64,000 nt of DNA from Haplodiscus bocki (taxonomy: Eukaryota): positions 63,736,001-63,800,000 of the forward strand of contig OZ296657.1 of NCBI GenBank assembly GCA_965655095.1, written 5' to 3'. The position numbers and the translations under genes were made by a program. The notes under the pieces were generated by a model. It made no database searches. It saw only the letters and a program-made list of their open reading frames with translations, and was not told the origin of the DNA. The number at the start of each line of letters is the position of its first letter. Within the stretch, counting starts at the first letter, position 1. Positions 23,901-37,300 of this stretch are shown here, in pieces.

Positions 23901-25304
23901 TAGGTGGTTGTGCACTTTTGTTTCCGGTAGAGTGAAACGCAATATACTCAGACAGGTTGCGGCTTCATCTGCTCATGGGATGAGTGCCCTACAGAGTAGA
24001 AGTTTATGAAGTTTTACTTCTTGCTGAAAATCAAGAAACAAAAGTACCAAAATTAAGTAAGTTTCAAAAGAGTACATAACGGTTGCCCCGGCAATCAATA
24101 GAAGCGAAACAACTGAAACAAATAGCTACATTGAAAAAAAAACTACAGCTCAACACAATTGATGGAACTCCTCCATCACTCTGGGCAAACAAAGTTCATT
24201 CAACTTTTCAACTGTAGCATTTGTTTCGTTCACTCGTTTGTTTTTAAAAAGTTTGTTGTTATAATGCTTTTCTTCACAGATTGGTGGTTGGTGGGCAAAT
24301 TGACGTTTGGCAGTTTTCGCTGGTACATCGGTCGACTACATCATAACAGACATAGTCGTTTATTTCTCCACTGTACAGCATTTTGGTATTAACTTTGACC
24401 GTAGCAAAGATCACTCAGTCAGTACCGGATCTAAAAAACCTTTTAAAAGACAGACTTGTCGGAACAAATTTCGAACCGTGTCGGAATTTGATATTAAAAA
24501 TTTACAACACGTCATTTTTGAACAAGAAATTTTCCTCAAAAAGTCAGATTTTGAGTAAATCTCTCTTATAAAGTCACTTTTCGAAGAAAAATTCAAATCT
24601 AATAACGATCGTTTTGACTCAATTCACTCCGTAAAAACGACAACTTTGCAAATTCCGTGCTTTGTTACAAGGCATGATTTCCAATGAAATTTTCACGAAA
24701 AATCAGATTCAAAAAATTTACATTGTTTCACAAAATTGAATGAGAATTTTTCATCGTGTAAGACTTTGAATTAGAAATTTTCCAGTGTTTAAGCTTTTCG
24801 TACAGAATTTAATCGACGCGGCCGATTCTGAACTGCAAAAATGTCATCGCCGCAGATAATGATTCGGAACTTTTTCAACGTGCCAGAATTTGAGTCTACT
24901 TCTTCTGCAGTTTGCCAAACTTTCATGCGTTTTACAAATTAGGATAGGTTTCAACAACGTTTTTATAGTATGCTGTGGGTTCGATTGGACGAGGTATTGT
25001 GTTCGGATAGTTTCCGACTCTCCCAACGGTGTTTGGCGTGTTAGGACAATCTAAGACAGGCCTTTTGATACGAGTGTGTTCACTATAAATAGATATGGAT
25101 TGCTATGCGCAAATGTTTTACCAGAGAATACAGGGTTCGCAATGCACAGAGATAATCAGCCTCGTTTTTTGACTTGTTTATGAAAGCGTCATGTATAGTG
25201 ATAAGCCATGGAGCCAAACCGTTCAAGGTTTGAAGATGGTTGTACACAATGGAGGCTTAGGTGGTTGTGCACTTTTGTTTCCGGTAGAGTGAAATGCAAT
25301 TTAC

Positions 25305-28300
25305 TCAGACAGGTTGCGGCCTCAGCTGCTTATGGGATGAGTGTCCTACAGAGTAGAAGTTTATGAAGTTTTACTTCTTGCTGAAAATCAACAAACAAAA
25401 GTACCAAAATTAAGTAAGTTTCAAAAGAGTACATAACGGTTGCCCCGGCAATCAATAGAAGCGAAACAACTGAAACAAATAGCTACATTGAAAAAAACTG
25501 CAGCTCAACACAATTGATATAACTCCTCCATCACTCTGGGCAAACGAAGGTCATTCCACTGTTCAACTGTAGCAATTGTTTCGTTCACTCGTTTGTTTTT
25601 AAAAAGTTTGATGTTAAAATGCTTTTCTTCCCAGATTGGTGGGCAAATTGACGTTTGGCAGTTTTCGCTGGTACATCGGTCGACTAAGTCATAACAGACA
25701 TAGTCGTTTATTTCTCCGCTGTACAGCATTTTGGTATTAACTTTGAACGTAGAAAAGATCTTTCAATCAGTACCGGATCTGAAAAACCCTTCAAAAATCA
25801 GATTTGTAAGAAAAATTTTTGAACCGTGTCAGATTTTGATTCGAAAATTTTACAACAAATCAGTTTTTGAACAAGAAATTTTTCTCAAAAAAATAGATTT
25901 TTAGTAAAAATCTGTTGAGAAGTTAGCTTTTGAAGAAAAGTTTATATCTAAAAACGATCATTTTGACTCAATTTACTCCGTAAAAACGACCCTTTTGCAC
26001 TTTCCGTGCTTTGTTACAAGGCATGATTTCCAATGAAATTTTCACGAAAAATCAGATTCAAAAAATTTACATTGTTTCACAAAATTGAATGAGAATTTTT
26101 CATCGTGTAAGACTTTGAATTAGAAATTTTCCAGTGTTTAAGCTTTTCGTACAGAATTTAATCGACGCGGCCGATTCTGAACTGCAAAAATGTCATCGCC
26201 GCAGATGTTGATTCGGAACTTTTTCAACGTGCCAGAATTTGAGTCTACTTCTTCTGCAGTTTGCCAAACTTTCATGCGTTTTACAAATTAGGATAGGTTT
26301 CAACAACGTTTTGATAGTATGCTGTGGGTTCGATTGGACGAGGTATTGTGTTCGGATAGTTTCCGACTCTCCCAACGGTGTTTAACGTGTTAGGACAATC
26401 TAAAACAGGCCTTTTGATACGAGTGTGTTCACTCTAAATAGATATGGATCGCTATGCGCAAATGTTTTACCAGAGACTATAGGTTTCGCATTGCACAGAG
26501 ATAATTAGTCTCATTTCTTTGACTCGTTTTTCATAGCGTCATGTATTGTGATAAGCCATGGAGCCAAACCGTTCAAGGTTTGAAGATGGTTGTACAGAAT
26601 GGAGGCTTAGGTGGTTGTGCACTTTTGTTTCCGGTAGAGTGAAACGCAATATACTCAGACAGGTTGCGGCTTCATCTGCTCATGGGATGAGTGCCCTACA
26701 GAGTAGAAGTTTATGAAGTTTTACTTCTTGCTGAAAATCAAGAAACAAAAGTACCAAAATTAAGTAAGTTTCAAAAGAGTACATAACGGTTGCCCCGGCA
26801 ATCAATAGAAGCGAAACAACTGAAACAAATAGCTACATTGAAAAAAAAACTACAGCTCAACACAATTGATGGAACTCCTCCATCACTCTGGGCAAACAAA
26901 GTTCATTCAACTTTTCAACTGTAGCATTTGTTTCGTTCACTCGTTTGTTTTTAAAAAGTTTGTTGTTATAATGCTTTTCTTCACAGATTGGTGGTTGGTG
27001 GGCAAATTGACGTTTGGCAGTTTTCGCTGGTACATCGGTTGACTACATCATAACAGACATAGTCGTTTATTTCTCCACTGTACAGCATTTTGGTATTAAC
27101 TTTGACCGTAGCAAAGATCACTCAGTCAGTACCGGATCTAAAAAACCTTTTAAAAGACAGACTTGTCGGAACAAATTTCGAACCGTGTCGGAATTTGATA
27201 TTAAAAATTTACAACACGTCATTTTTGAACAAGAAATTTTCCTCAAAAAGTCAGATTTTGAGTAAAACTCTCTTATAAAGTCACTTTTCGAAGAAAAATT
27301 CAAATCTAATAACGATCGTTTTGACTCAATTCACTCCGTAAAAACGACAACTTTGCAAATTCCGTGCTTTGTTACAAGGCATGATTTCCAATGAAATTTT
27401 CACGAAAAATCAGATTCAAAAAATTTACATTGTTTCACAAAATTGAATGAGAATTTTTCATCGTGTAAGACTTTGAATTAGAAATTTTCCAGTGTTTAAG
27501 CTTTTCGTACAGAATTTAATCGACGCGGCCGATTCTGAACTGCAAAAATGTCATCGCCGCAGATAATGATTCGGAACTTTTTCAACGTGCCAGAATTTGA
27601 GTCTACTTCTTCTGCAGTTTGCCAAACTTTCATGCGTTTTACAAATTAGGATAGGTTTCAACAACGTTTTTATAGTATGCTGTGGGTTCGATTGGACGAG
27701 GTATTGTGTTCGGATAGTTTCCGACTCTCCCAACGGTGTTTAACGTGTTAGGACAATCTAAAACAGGCCTTTTGATACGAGTGTGTTCACTCTAAATAGA
27801 TATGGATTGCTATGCGCAAATGTTTTACCAGAGAATACAGGGTTCGCAATGCACAGAGATAATCAGCCTCGTTTTTTGACTTGTTTATGAAAGCGTCGTG
27901 TTTTATGATAAGCCAGAGAGCCAAACTGTTCAAGGTTTGAAGTTGGTTGTAGAGAATGGAGGCTTAGGTGGTTGTGCACTTATGTTTTAAGGTAGAGTGA
28001 ATTCCTGTAATTTACTCAGACAGGTTGCGGCCTCAGCTGCTTATGGGATGAGTGTCCTACAGAGTAGAAGTTTATGAAGTTTTACTTCTTGCTGAAAATC
28101 AACAAACAAAAGTACCAAAATTAAGTAAGTTTCAAAAGAGTACATAACGGTTGCCCCGGCAATCAATAGAAGCGAAACAACTGAAACAAATAGCTACATT
28201 GAAAAAAACTGCAGCTCAACACAATTGATATAACTCCTCCATCACTCTGGGCAAACGAAGGTCATTCCACTGTTCAACTGTAGCAATTGTTTCGTTCACT

Positions 28301-31300
28301 CGTTTGTTTTTAAAAAGTTTGATGTTAAAATGCTTTTCTTCCCAGATTGGTGGGCAAATTGACGTTTGGCAGTTTTCGCTGGTACATCGGTCGACTAAGT
28401 CATAACAGACATAGTCGTTTATTTCTCCGCTGTACAGCATTTTGGTATTAACTTTGAACGTAGAAAAGATCTTTCAATCAGTACCGGATCTGAAAAACCC
28501 TTCAAAAATCAGATTTGTAAGAAAAATTTTTGAACCGTGTCAGATTTTGATTCGAAAATTTTACAACAAATCAGTTTTTGAACAAGAAATTTTTCTCAAA
28601 AAAATAGATTTTTAGTAAAAATCTGTTGAGAAGTTAGCTTTTGAAGAAAAGTTTATATCTAAAAACGATCATTTTGACTCAATTTACTCCGTAAAAACGA
28701 CCCTTTTGCACTTTCCGTGCTTTGTTACAAGGCATGATTTCCAATGAAATTTTCACGAAAAATCAGATTCAAAAAATTTACATTGTTTCACAAAATTGAA
28801 TGAGAATTTTTCATCGTGTAAGACTTTGAATTAGAAATTTTCCAGTGTTTAAGCTTTTCGTACAGAATTTAATCGACGCGGCCGATTCTGAACTGCAAAA
28901 ATGTCATCGCCGCAGATGTTGATTCGGAACTTTTTCAACGTGCCAGAATTTGAGTCTACTTCTTCTGCAGTTTGCCAAACTTTCATGCGTTTTACAAATT
29001 AGGATAGGTTTCAACAACGTTTTGATAGTATGCTGTGGGTTCGATTGGACGAGGTATTGTGTTCGGATAGTTTCCGACTCTCCCAACGGTGTTTAACGTG
29101 TTAGGACAATCTAAAACAGGCCTTTTGATACGAGTGTGTTCACTCTAAATAGATATGGATCGCTATGCGCAAATGTTTTACCAGAGACTATAGGTTTCGC
29201 ATTGCACAGAGATGATTAGTCTCATTTCTTTGACTCGTTTTTCATAGCGTCATGTATTGTGATAAGCCATGGAGCCAAACCGTTCAAGGTTTGAAGATGG
29301 TTGTACAGAATGGAGGCTTAGGTGGTTGTGCACTTTTGTTTCCGGTAGAGTGAAACGCAATATACTCAGACAGGTTGCGGCTTCATCTGCTCATGGGATG
29401 AGTGCCCTACAGAGTAGAAGTTTATGAAGTTTTACTTCTTGCTGAAAATCAAGAAACAAAAGTACCAAAATTAAGTAAGTTTCAAAAGAGTACATAACGG
29501 TTGCCCCGGCAATCAATAGAAGCGAAACAACTGAAACAAATAGCTACATTGAAAAAAAAACTACAGCTCAACACAATTGATGGAACTCCTCCATCACTCT
29601 GGGCAAACAAAGTTCATTCAACTTTTCAACTGTAGCATTTGTTTCGTTCACTCGTTTGTTTTTAAAAAGTTTGTTGTTATAATGCTTTTCTTCACAGATT
29701 GGTGGTTGGTGGGCAAATTGACGTTTGGCAGTTTTCGCTGGTACATCGGTTGACTACATCATAACAGACATAGTCGTTTACTTCTCCGCTGTACAGCATT
29801 TTGCTATTAACTTTGAACGTAGAAAACATCTTTCAGTCAGTACCGGATCTGAAAAGCCCTCCAACAATCAGATTTCTAAGAAAAAATTTTGAACCGTGTC
29901 AGATTTTGATTCGAAAATTTTACAACAAATCAGTTTTTGAACAAGAAATTTTTCTCAAAAAAATTAGATTTTTAGTAGAAATCTTTTGAGAAGTTAGCTT
30001 TTGAAGAAAAGTTTATATCTAAATACGATCATTTTGACTCAATTTACTCCGTAAAAACGACCCTTTTGCACTTTCCGTGCTTTGTTACAAGGCATGATTT
30101 CCAATGAAATTTTCACGAAAAATCAGATTCAAAAAATTTACATTGTTTCACAAAAATGAATGAGAATTTTTCATCGTGTAAGACTTTGAATTAGAAATTT
30201 TCCAGTGTTTAAGCTTTTCGTACAGAATTTAATCGACGCGGCCGATTCTGAACTGCAAAAATGTCATCGCCGCAGATGTTGATTCGGAACTTTTTCAACG
30301 TGCCAGAATTTGAGTCTACTTCTTCTGCAGTTTGCCAAACTTTCATGCGTTTTACAAATTAGGATAGGTTTCAACAACGTTTTGATAGTATGCTGTGGGT
30401 TCGATTGGACGAGGTATTGTGTTCGGATAGTTTCCGACTCTCCCAACGGTGTTTAACGTGTTAGGACAATCTAAAACAGGCCTTTTGATACGAGTGTGTT
30501 CACTCTAAATAGATATGGATCGCTATGCGCAAATGTTTTACCAGAGACTATAGGTTTCGCATTGCACAGAGATAATTAGTCTCATTTCTTTGACTCGTTT
30601 TTCATAGCGTCATGTATTGTGATAAGCCATGGAGCCAAACCGTTCAAGGTTTGAAGATGGTTGTACAGAATGGAGGCTTAGGTGGTTGTGCACTTTTGTT
30701 TCCGGTAGAGTGAAACGCAATATACTCAGACAGGTTGCGGCTTCAGCTGCTCATGGGATGAGAGCCCTACAGAGTAGAAGTCTATGAAGTTTTACTTCTT
30801 GCTGAAAATCAAGAAACAAAAGTACCAAAATTAAGTAAGTTTCAAAAGAGTACAAAACGGTTGCCCCGGCAATCAATAGAAGCGAAACAGCTGAAACAAA
30901 TAGCTACATTGAAAAAAAACTACAGCTCAACACAATTGATGGAACTCCTCCATCACTCTGGGCAAACAAAGGTCATTCAACTTTTCAACTGTAGCATTTG
31001 TTTCGTTCACTTGTTTGTTTTTAAAAAGTTTGTTGTTATAATGCTTTTCTTCAGAGACTGGTGGTTGGTGGGCAAATTGACGTTTGGCAGTTTTCGCTGG
31101 TACATCGGTCGACTACATCATAACAGACATAGTCGTTTAATTCTCCGCTGTACAGCATTTTGGTATTAACTTTGAACGTAGAAAACATCCTTCAGTCATT
31201 ACCGGATCTGAAAAACCCTCCAAAAATCAGATTTGTAAGAAAAAATTTTGAACCGTGTCAGATTTTGATTCGAAAATTTTACAACAAATCAGTTTTTGAA

Positions 31301-34300
31301 CAAGAAATTTTTCTCAAAAAAAAATAGATTTTTAGTAGAAATCTTTTGAGAAGTTAGCTTTTGAAGAAAAGTTTATATCTAAATACGATCATTTTGACTC
31401 AATTTACTCCGTAAAATTGACCCTTTTGCACTTTCCGTGCTTTGTTACAAGGCATGATTTCCAATGAAATTTTCACTAAAAATTAGATTCAAAAAAATTA
31501 CATTGTTTCATAAATTTGAATGAGAATTTTTCATCGTGTAAGACTTTGAATTAGAATTTTTCCAGTGTTTAAGCTTTTCGAACAGAATTTAATCGACGCG
31601 GCAGATTCTGAATTGCAAAAATGTCATCGCGGCAGATGTTAATTCGGAACTTTTTCAACGTGCCAAAAATTGAGTTTACTTCTTCTGCAGTTTGCCAAAC
31701 TTTCATCCGTTTTTCAAATTAGGATAGGCTTCAACAACGTTTTTATAGTATGCTGTGGGTTCGATTGGACGAGGTATTGTGTTCGGATAGTTTTTGTTTC
31801 TCCCAACGGTGTTTAACGTGTTAGGACAATCTAAGACAGGCCATCTGATACGAGTGTGTTCACTATATTTGGATATGGATTGGTCTGCGCAAGTGTCCTA
31901 CCACAGGCTACAGTGTTCGCAATGCACAGACTTGAATAGTGTCTTTTTTTACGAATCGTTTATGATAGCGTCATTTATTATGATAAGCATAGAGCCAAAC
32001 TGTTCAAGGTTTGAAGTTGGTTATAGAGAATGGAGGCTTAGGATGTTGCGCACTTTTAATTTACGGTGAAGTGAACTCCTGCATATTACTCAGACAGCTT
32101 GCGGCCTCAGCTGCTTATGGGAGGAGTACCCTACAGAGTAGAAGTTTATGAAGTTTTACTTCTTGCTGAAAATCAACAAACAAAAGTACCAAAAATAAGT
32201 AAGTTTCAAAAGAGTACATAACGGTTGCCCCGGCAATCAATAGAAGCAATATAACGGAACCAATTAGCTACAATGAAAAAAACTACAGCTCAACACAATT
32301 GATGGAACTCCTCCAACACTCTGGGCAAACGAAGGTCATTCCACTGTTCAACTGTAGCAATTGTTTCGTTCACTCGTTTGTTTTTAAAAAGTTTGTTGTT
32401 ATAATGCTTTTCTTCCCAGATTGGTGGGCAAATTGACGTTTGGCAGTTTTCGCTGGTACATCTGTCGACTAAGTTATAACAGACATAGTCGTTTATTTCT
32501 CCACTGTACAGCATTTTGGTATTAACTTTGACCGTAGAAAAGATCACTCAGCCAGTACCGGATCTAAAAAACCCTTTAAACGACAGATATGTTGGAACAA
32601 GTTTTGAACCGTGTCGGAATTTGATATTAAAAATTTACAACTTATCAAATTTGAACAAGAGATTTTTCTCAAAAAATCAAATTTTGAGTAAATCGTTTTA
32701 TAAATCACTTTTCGAAGAAAAGTTCAAATCCAATAACGATCGTTTTGACTCAATTCACTCCGTAAAAACGACAACTTTGCAAATTCCGTGCTTTGTTACA
32801 AGGCATGATTTCCAATGAAATTTTCACGAAAAATCAGATTCAAAAAATTTACATTGTTTCACAAAATTGAATGAGAATTTTTCATCGTGTAAGACTTTGA
32901 ATTAGAAATTTTCCAGTGTTTAAGCTTTTCGTACAGAATTTAATCGACGCGGCCGATTCTGAACTGCAAAAATGTCATCGCCGCAGATGTTGATTCGGAA
33001 CTTTTTCAACATGCCAGAATTTGAGTCTACTTCTTCTGCAGTTTGCCAAACTTTCATCAGTTTTTCAAATTAGGATAGGTTTCAACAACGTTTTTATAGT
33101 ATGCTGTGGGTTCGATTGGACGAGGTATTGTGTTCGGATAGTTTCCGACTCTCCCAACGGTGTTTGGCGTGTTAGGACAATCTAAGACAGGCCTTTTGAT
33201 ACGAGTGTGTTCACTATAAATAGATATGGATTGCTATGCGCAAATGTTTTACCAGAGAATACAGGGTTCGCAATGCACAGAGATAATCAGCCTCGTTTTT
33301 TGACTTGTTTATGAAAGCGTCGTGTTTTATGATAAGCCAGAGAGCCAAACTGTTCAAGGTTTGAAGTTGGTTGTAGAGAATGGAGGCTTAGGTGGTTGTG
33401 CACTTATGTTTTAAGGTAGAGTGAATTCCTGTAATTTACTCAGACAGGTTGCGGCCTCAGCTGCTTATGGGATGAGTGTCCTACAGAGTAGAAGTTTATG
33501 AAGTTTTACTTCTTGCTGAAAATCAACAAACAAAAGTACCAAAATTAAGTAAGTTTCAAAAGAGTACATAACGGTTGCCCCGGCAATCAATAGAAGCGAA
33601 ACAACTGAAACAAATAGCTACATTGAAAAAAACTGCAGCTCAACACAATTGATATAACTCCTCCATCACTCTGGGCAAACGAAGGTCATTCCACTGTTCA
33701 ACTGTAGCAATTGTTTCGTTCACTCGTTTGTTTTTAAAAAGTTTGATGTTAAAATGCTTTTCTTCCCAGATTGGTGGGCAAATTGACGTTTGGCAGTTTT
33801 CGCTGGTACATCGGTCGACTAAGTCATAACAGACATAGTCGTTTATTTCTCCGCTGTACAGCATTTTGGTATTAACTTTGAACGTAGAAAAGATCTTTCA
33901 ATCAGTACCGGATCTGAAAAACCCTTCAAAAATCAGATTTGTAAGAAAAATTTTTGAACCGTGTCAGATTTTGATTCGAAAATTTTACAACAAATCAGTT
34001 TTTGAACAAGAAATTTTTCTCAAAAAAATAGATTTTTAGTAAAAATCTGTTGAGAAGTTAGCTTTTGAAGAAAAGTTTATATCTAAAAACGATCATTTTG
34101 ACTCAATTTACTCCGTAAAAACGACCCTTTTGCACTTTCCGTGCATTGTTACAAGGCATGATTTCCAATGAAATTTTCACGAAAAATCAGATTCAAAAAA
34201 TTTACATTGTTTCACAAAATTGAATGAGAATTTTTCATCGTGTAAGACTTTGAATTAGAAATTTTCCAGTGTTTAAGCTTTTCGTACAGAATTTAATCGA

Positions 34301-37300
34301 CGCGGCCGATTCTGAACTGCAAAAATGTCATCGCCGCAGATGTTGATTCGGAACTTTTTCAACATGCCAGAATTTGAGTCTACTTCTTCTGCAGTTTGCC
34401 AAACTTTCATCAGTTTTTCAAATTAGGATAGGTTTCAACAACGTTTTTATAGTATGCTGTGAGTTCGATTGGACGAGGTATTGTGTTCGGATAGTTTCCG
34501 ACTCTCCCAACGGTGTTTGGCGTGTTAGGACAATCTAAGACAGGCCTTTTGATACGAGTGTGTTCACTATAAATAGATATGGATTGCTATGCGCAAATGT
34601 TTTACCAGAGAATACAGGGTTCGCAATGCACAGAGATAATCAGCCTCGTTTTTTGACTTGTTTATGAAAGCGTCGTGTTTTATGATAAGCCAGAGAGCCA
34701 AACTGTTCAAGGTTTGAAGTTGGTTGTAGAGAATGGAGGCTTAGGTGGTTGTGCACTTATGTTTTAAGGTAGAGTGAATTCCTGTAATTTACTCAGACAG
34801 GTTGCGGCCTCAGCTGCTTATGGGATGAGTGTCCTACAGAGTAGAAGTTTATGAAGTTTTACTTCTTGCTGAAAATCAACAAACAAAAGTACCAAAATTA
34901 AGTAAGTTTCAAAAGAGTACATAACGGTTGCCCCGGCAATCAATAGAAGCGAAACAACTGAAACAAATAGCTACATTGAAAAAAACTGCAGCTCAACACA
35001 ATTGATATAACTCCTCCATCACTCTGGGCAAACGAAGGTCATTCCACTGTTCAACTGTAGCAATTGTTTCGTTCACTCGTTTGTTTTTAAAAAGTTTGAT
35101 GTTAAAATGCTTTTCTTCCCAGATTGGTGGGCAAATTGACGTTTGGCAGTTTTCGCTGGTACATCGGTCGACTAAGTCATAACAGACATAGTCGTTTATT
35201 TCTCCGCTGTACAGCATTTTGGTATTAACTTTGAACGTAGAAAAGATCTTTCAATCAGTACCGGATCTGAAAAACCCTTCAAAAATCAGATTTGTAAGAA
35301 AAATTTTTGAACCGTGTCAGATTTTGATTCGAAAATTTTACAACAAATCAGTTTTTGAACAAGAAATTTTTCTCAAAAAAATAGATTTTTAGTAAAAATC
35401 TGTTGAGAAGTTAGCTTTTGAAGAAAAGTTTATATCTAAAAACGATCATTTTGACTCAATTTACTCCGTAAAAACGACCCTTTTGCACTTTCCGTGCTTT
35501 GTTACAAGGCATGATTTCCAATGAAATTTTCACGAAAAATCAGATTCAAAAAATTTACATTGTTTCACAAAATTGAATGAGAATTTTTCATCGTGTAAGA
35601 CTTTGAATTAGAAATTTTCCAGTGTTTAAGCTTTTCGTACAGAATTTAATCGACGCGGCCGATTCTGAACTGCAAAAATGTCATCGCCGCAGATGTTGAT
35701 TCGGAACTTTTTCAACATGCCAGAATTTGAGTCTACTTCTTCTGCAGTTTGCCAAACTTTCATCAGTTTTTCAAATTAGGATAGGTTTCAACAACGTTTT
35801 TATAGTATGCTGTGGGTTCGATTGGACGAGGTATTGTGTTCGGATAGTTTCCGACTCTCCCAACGGTGTTTGGCGTGTTATGACAATCTAAGACAGGCCT
35901 TTTGATACGAGTGTGTTCACTATAAATAGATATGGATTGCTATGCGGAAATGTTTTACCAGAGAATACAGGGTTCGCAATGCACAGAGATAATCAGCCTC
36001 GTTTTTTGACTTGTTTATGAAAGCGTCATGTATAGTGATAAGCCATGGAGCCAAACCGTTCAAGGTTTGAAGATGGTTGTACAGAATGGAGGCTTAGGTG
36101 GTTGTGCACTTTTGTTTCCGGTAGAGTGAAATGCAATTTACTCAGACAGGTTGCGGCCTCAGCTGCTTATGGGATGAGTACCCTACAGAGTACAATTTTA
36201 TGTAGTTTTACTTCTTGCTGAAAAGCAACAAACAAAAGTACCAAAATTAAGTAAGTTTCAAAAGAGTACATAACGGTTGACCCGGCAATCAATAGAAGCG
36301 AAAAAACTGAAACAAATAGCTACATTGAAAAAAAAAACTACAGCTCAACACAATTGATGGAACTCCACCATCACTCTGGCAACCAATAGTCACTTAACTC
36401 TTCAACCGTAGCATTTGTTTCGCTCCCTCCTTTCTTGTAATAATGTTTGTTGTTATAGTGCTATTTTTCCCAGACTGGTGGGCAAACTGACGTTTGACAG
36501 GTTCCGCTTGCACATCTGGCGACTAAATCCATAACAGACATAGTCGTTTATTTCTCCACTGTACAGCATTTTGGTATTAACTTTGACCGTAGCAAAGATC
36601 ACTCAGTCAGTACCGGATCTAAAAAACCTTTTAAAAGACAGACTTGTCGGAACAAATTTCGAACCGTGTCGGAATTTGATATTAAAAATTTACAACACGT
36701 CATTTTTGAACAAGAAATTTTCCTCAAAAAGTCAGATTTTGAGTAAATCTCTCTTATAAAGTCACTTTTCGAAGAAAAATTCAAATCTAATAACGATCGT
36801 TTTGACTCAATTCACTCCGTAAAAACGACAACTTTGCAAATTCCGTGCTTTGTTACAAGGCATGATTTCCAATGAAATTTTCACGAAAAATCAGATTCAA
36901 AAAATTTACATTGTTTCACAAAATTGAATGAGAATTTTTCATCGTGTAAGACTTTGAATTAGAAATTTTCCAGTGTTTAAGCTTTTCGTACAGAATTTAA
37001 TCGACGCGGCCGATTCTGAACTGCAAAAATGTCATCGCCGCAGATGTTGATTCGGAACTTTTTCAACATGCCAGAATTTGAGTCTACTTCTTCTGCAGTT
37101 TGCCAAACTTTCATCAGTTTTTCAAATTAGGATAGGTTTCAACAACGTTTTTATAGTATGCTGTGGGTTCGATTGGACGAGGTATTGTGTTCGGATAGTT
37201 TCCGACTCTCCCAACGGTGTTTGGCGTGTTAGGACAATCTAAGACAGGCCTTTTGATACGAGTGTGTTCACTATAAATAGATATGGATTGCTATGCGCAA

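Larger units (their letters stand above)
5010..25304 (+). repeat. HOR copy 1 (15 monomers, ~20.3 kb)
   Basis: Variant-specific ORFs recur at +20295 to +20301, e.g. 9505/29801, 10565/30861, 11994/32290, 16274/36571, 21672/41973. Private SNPs are shared at the same offset. Confidence 0.93.
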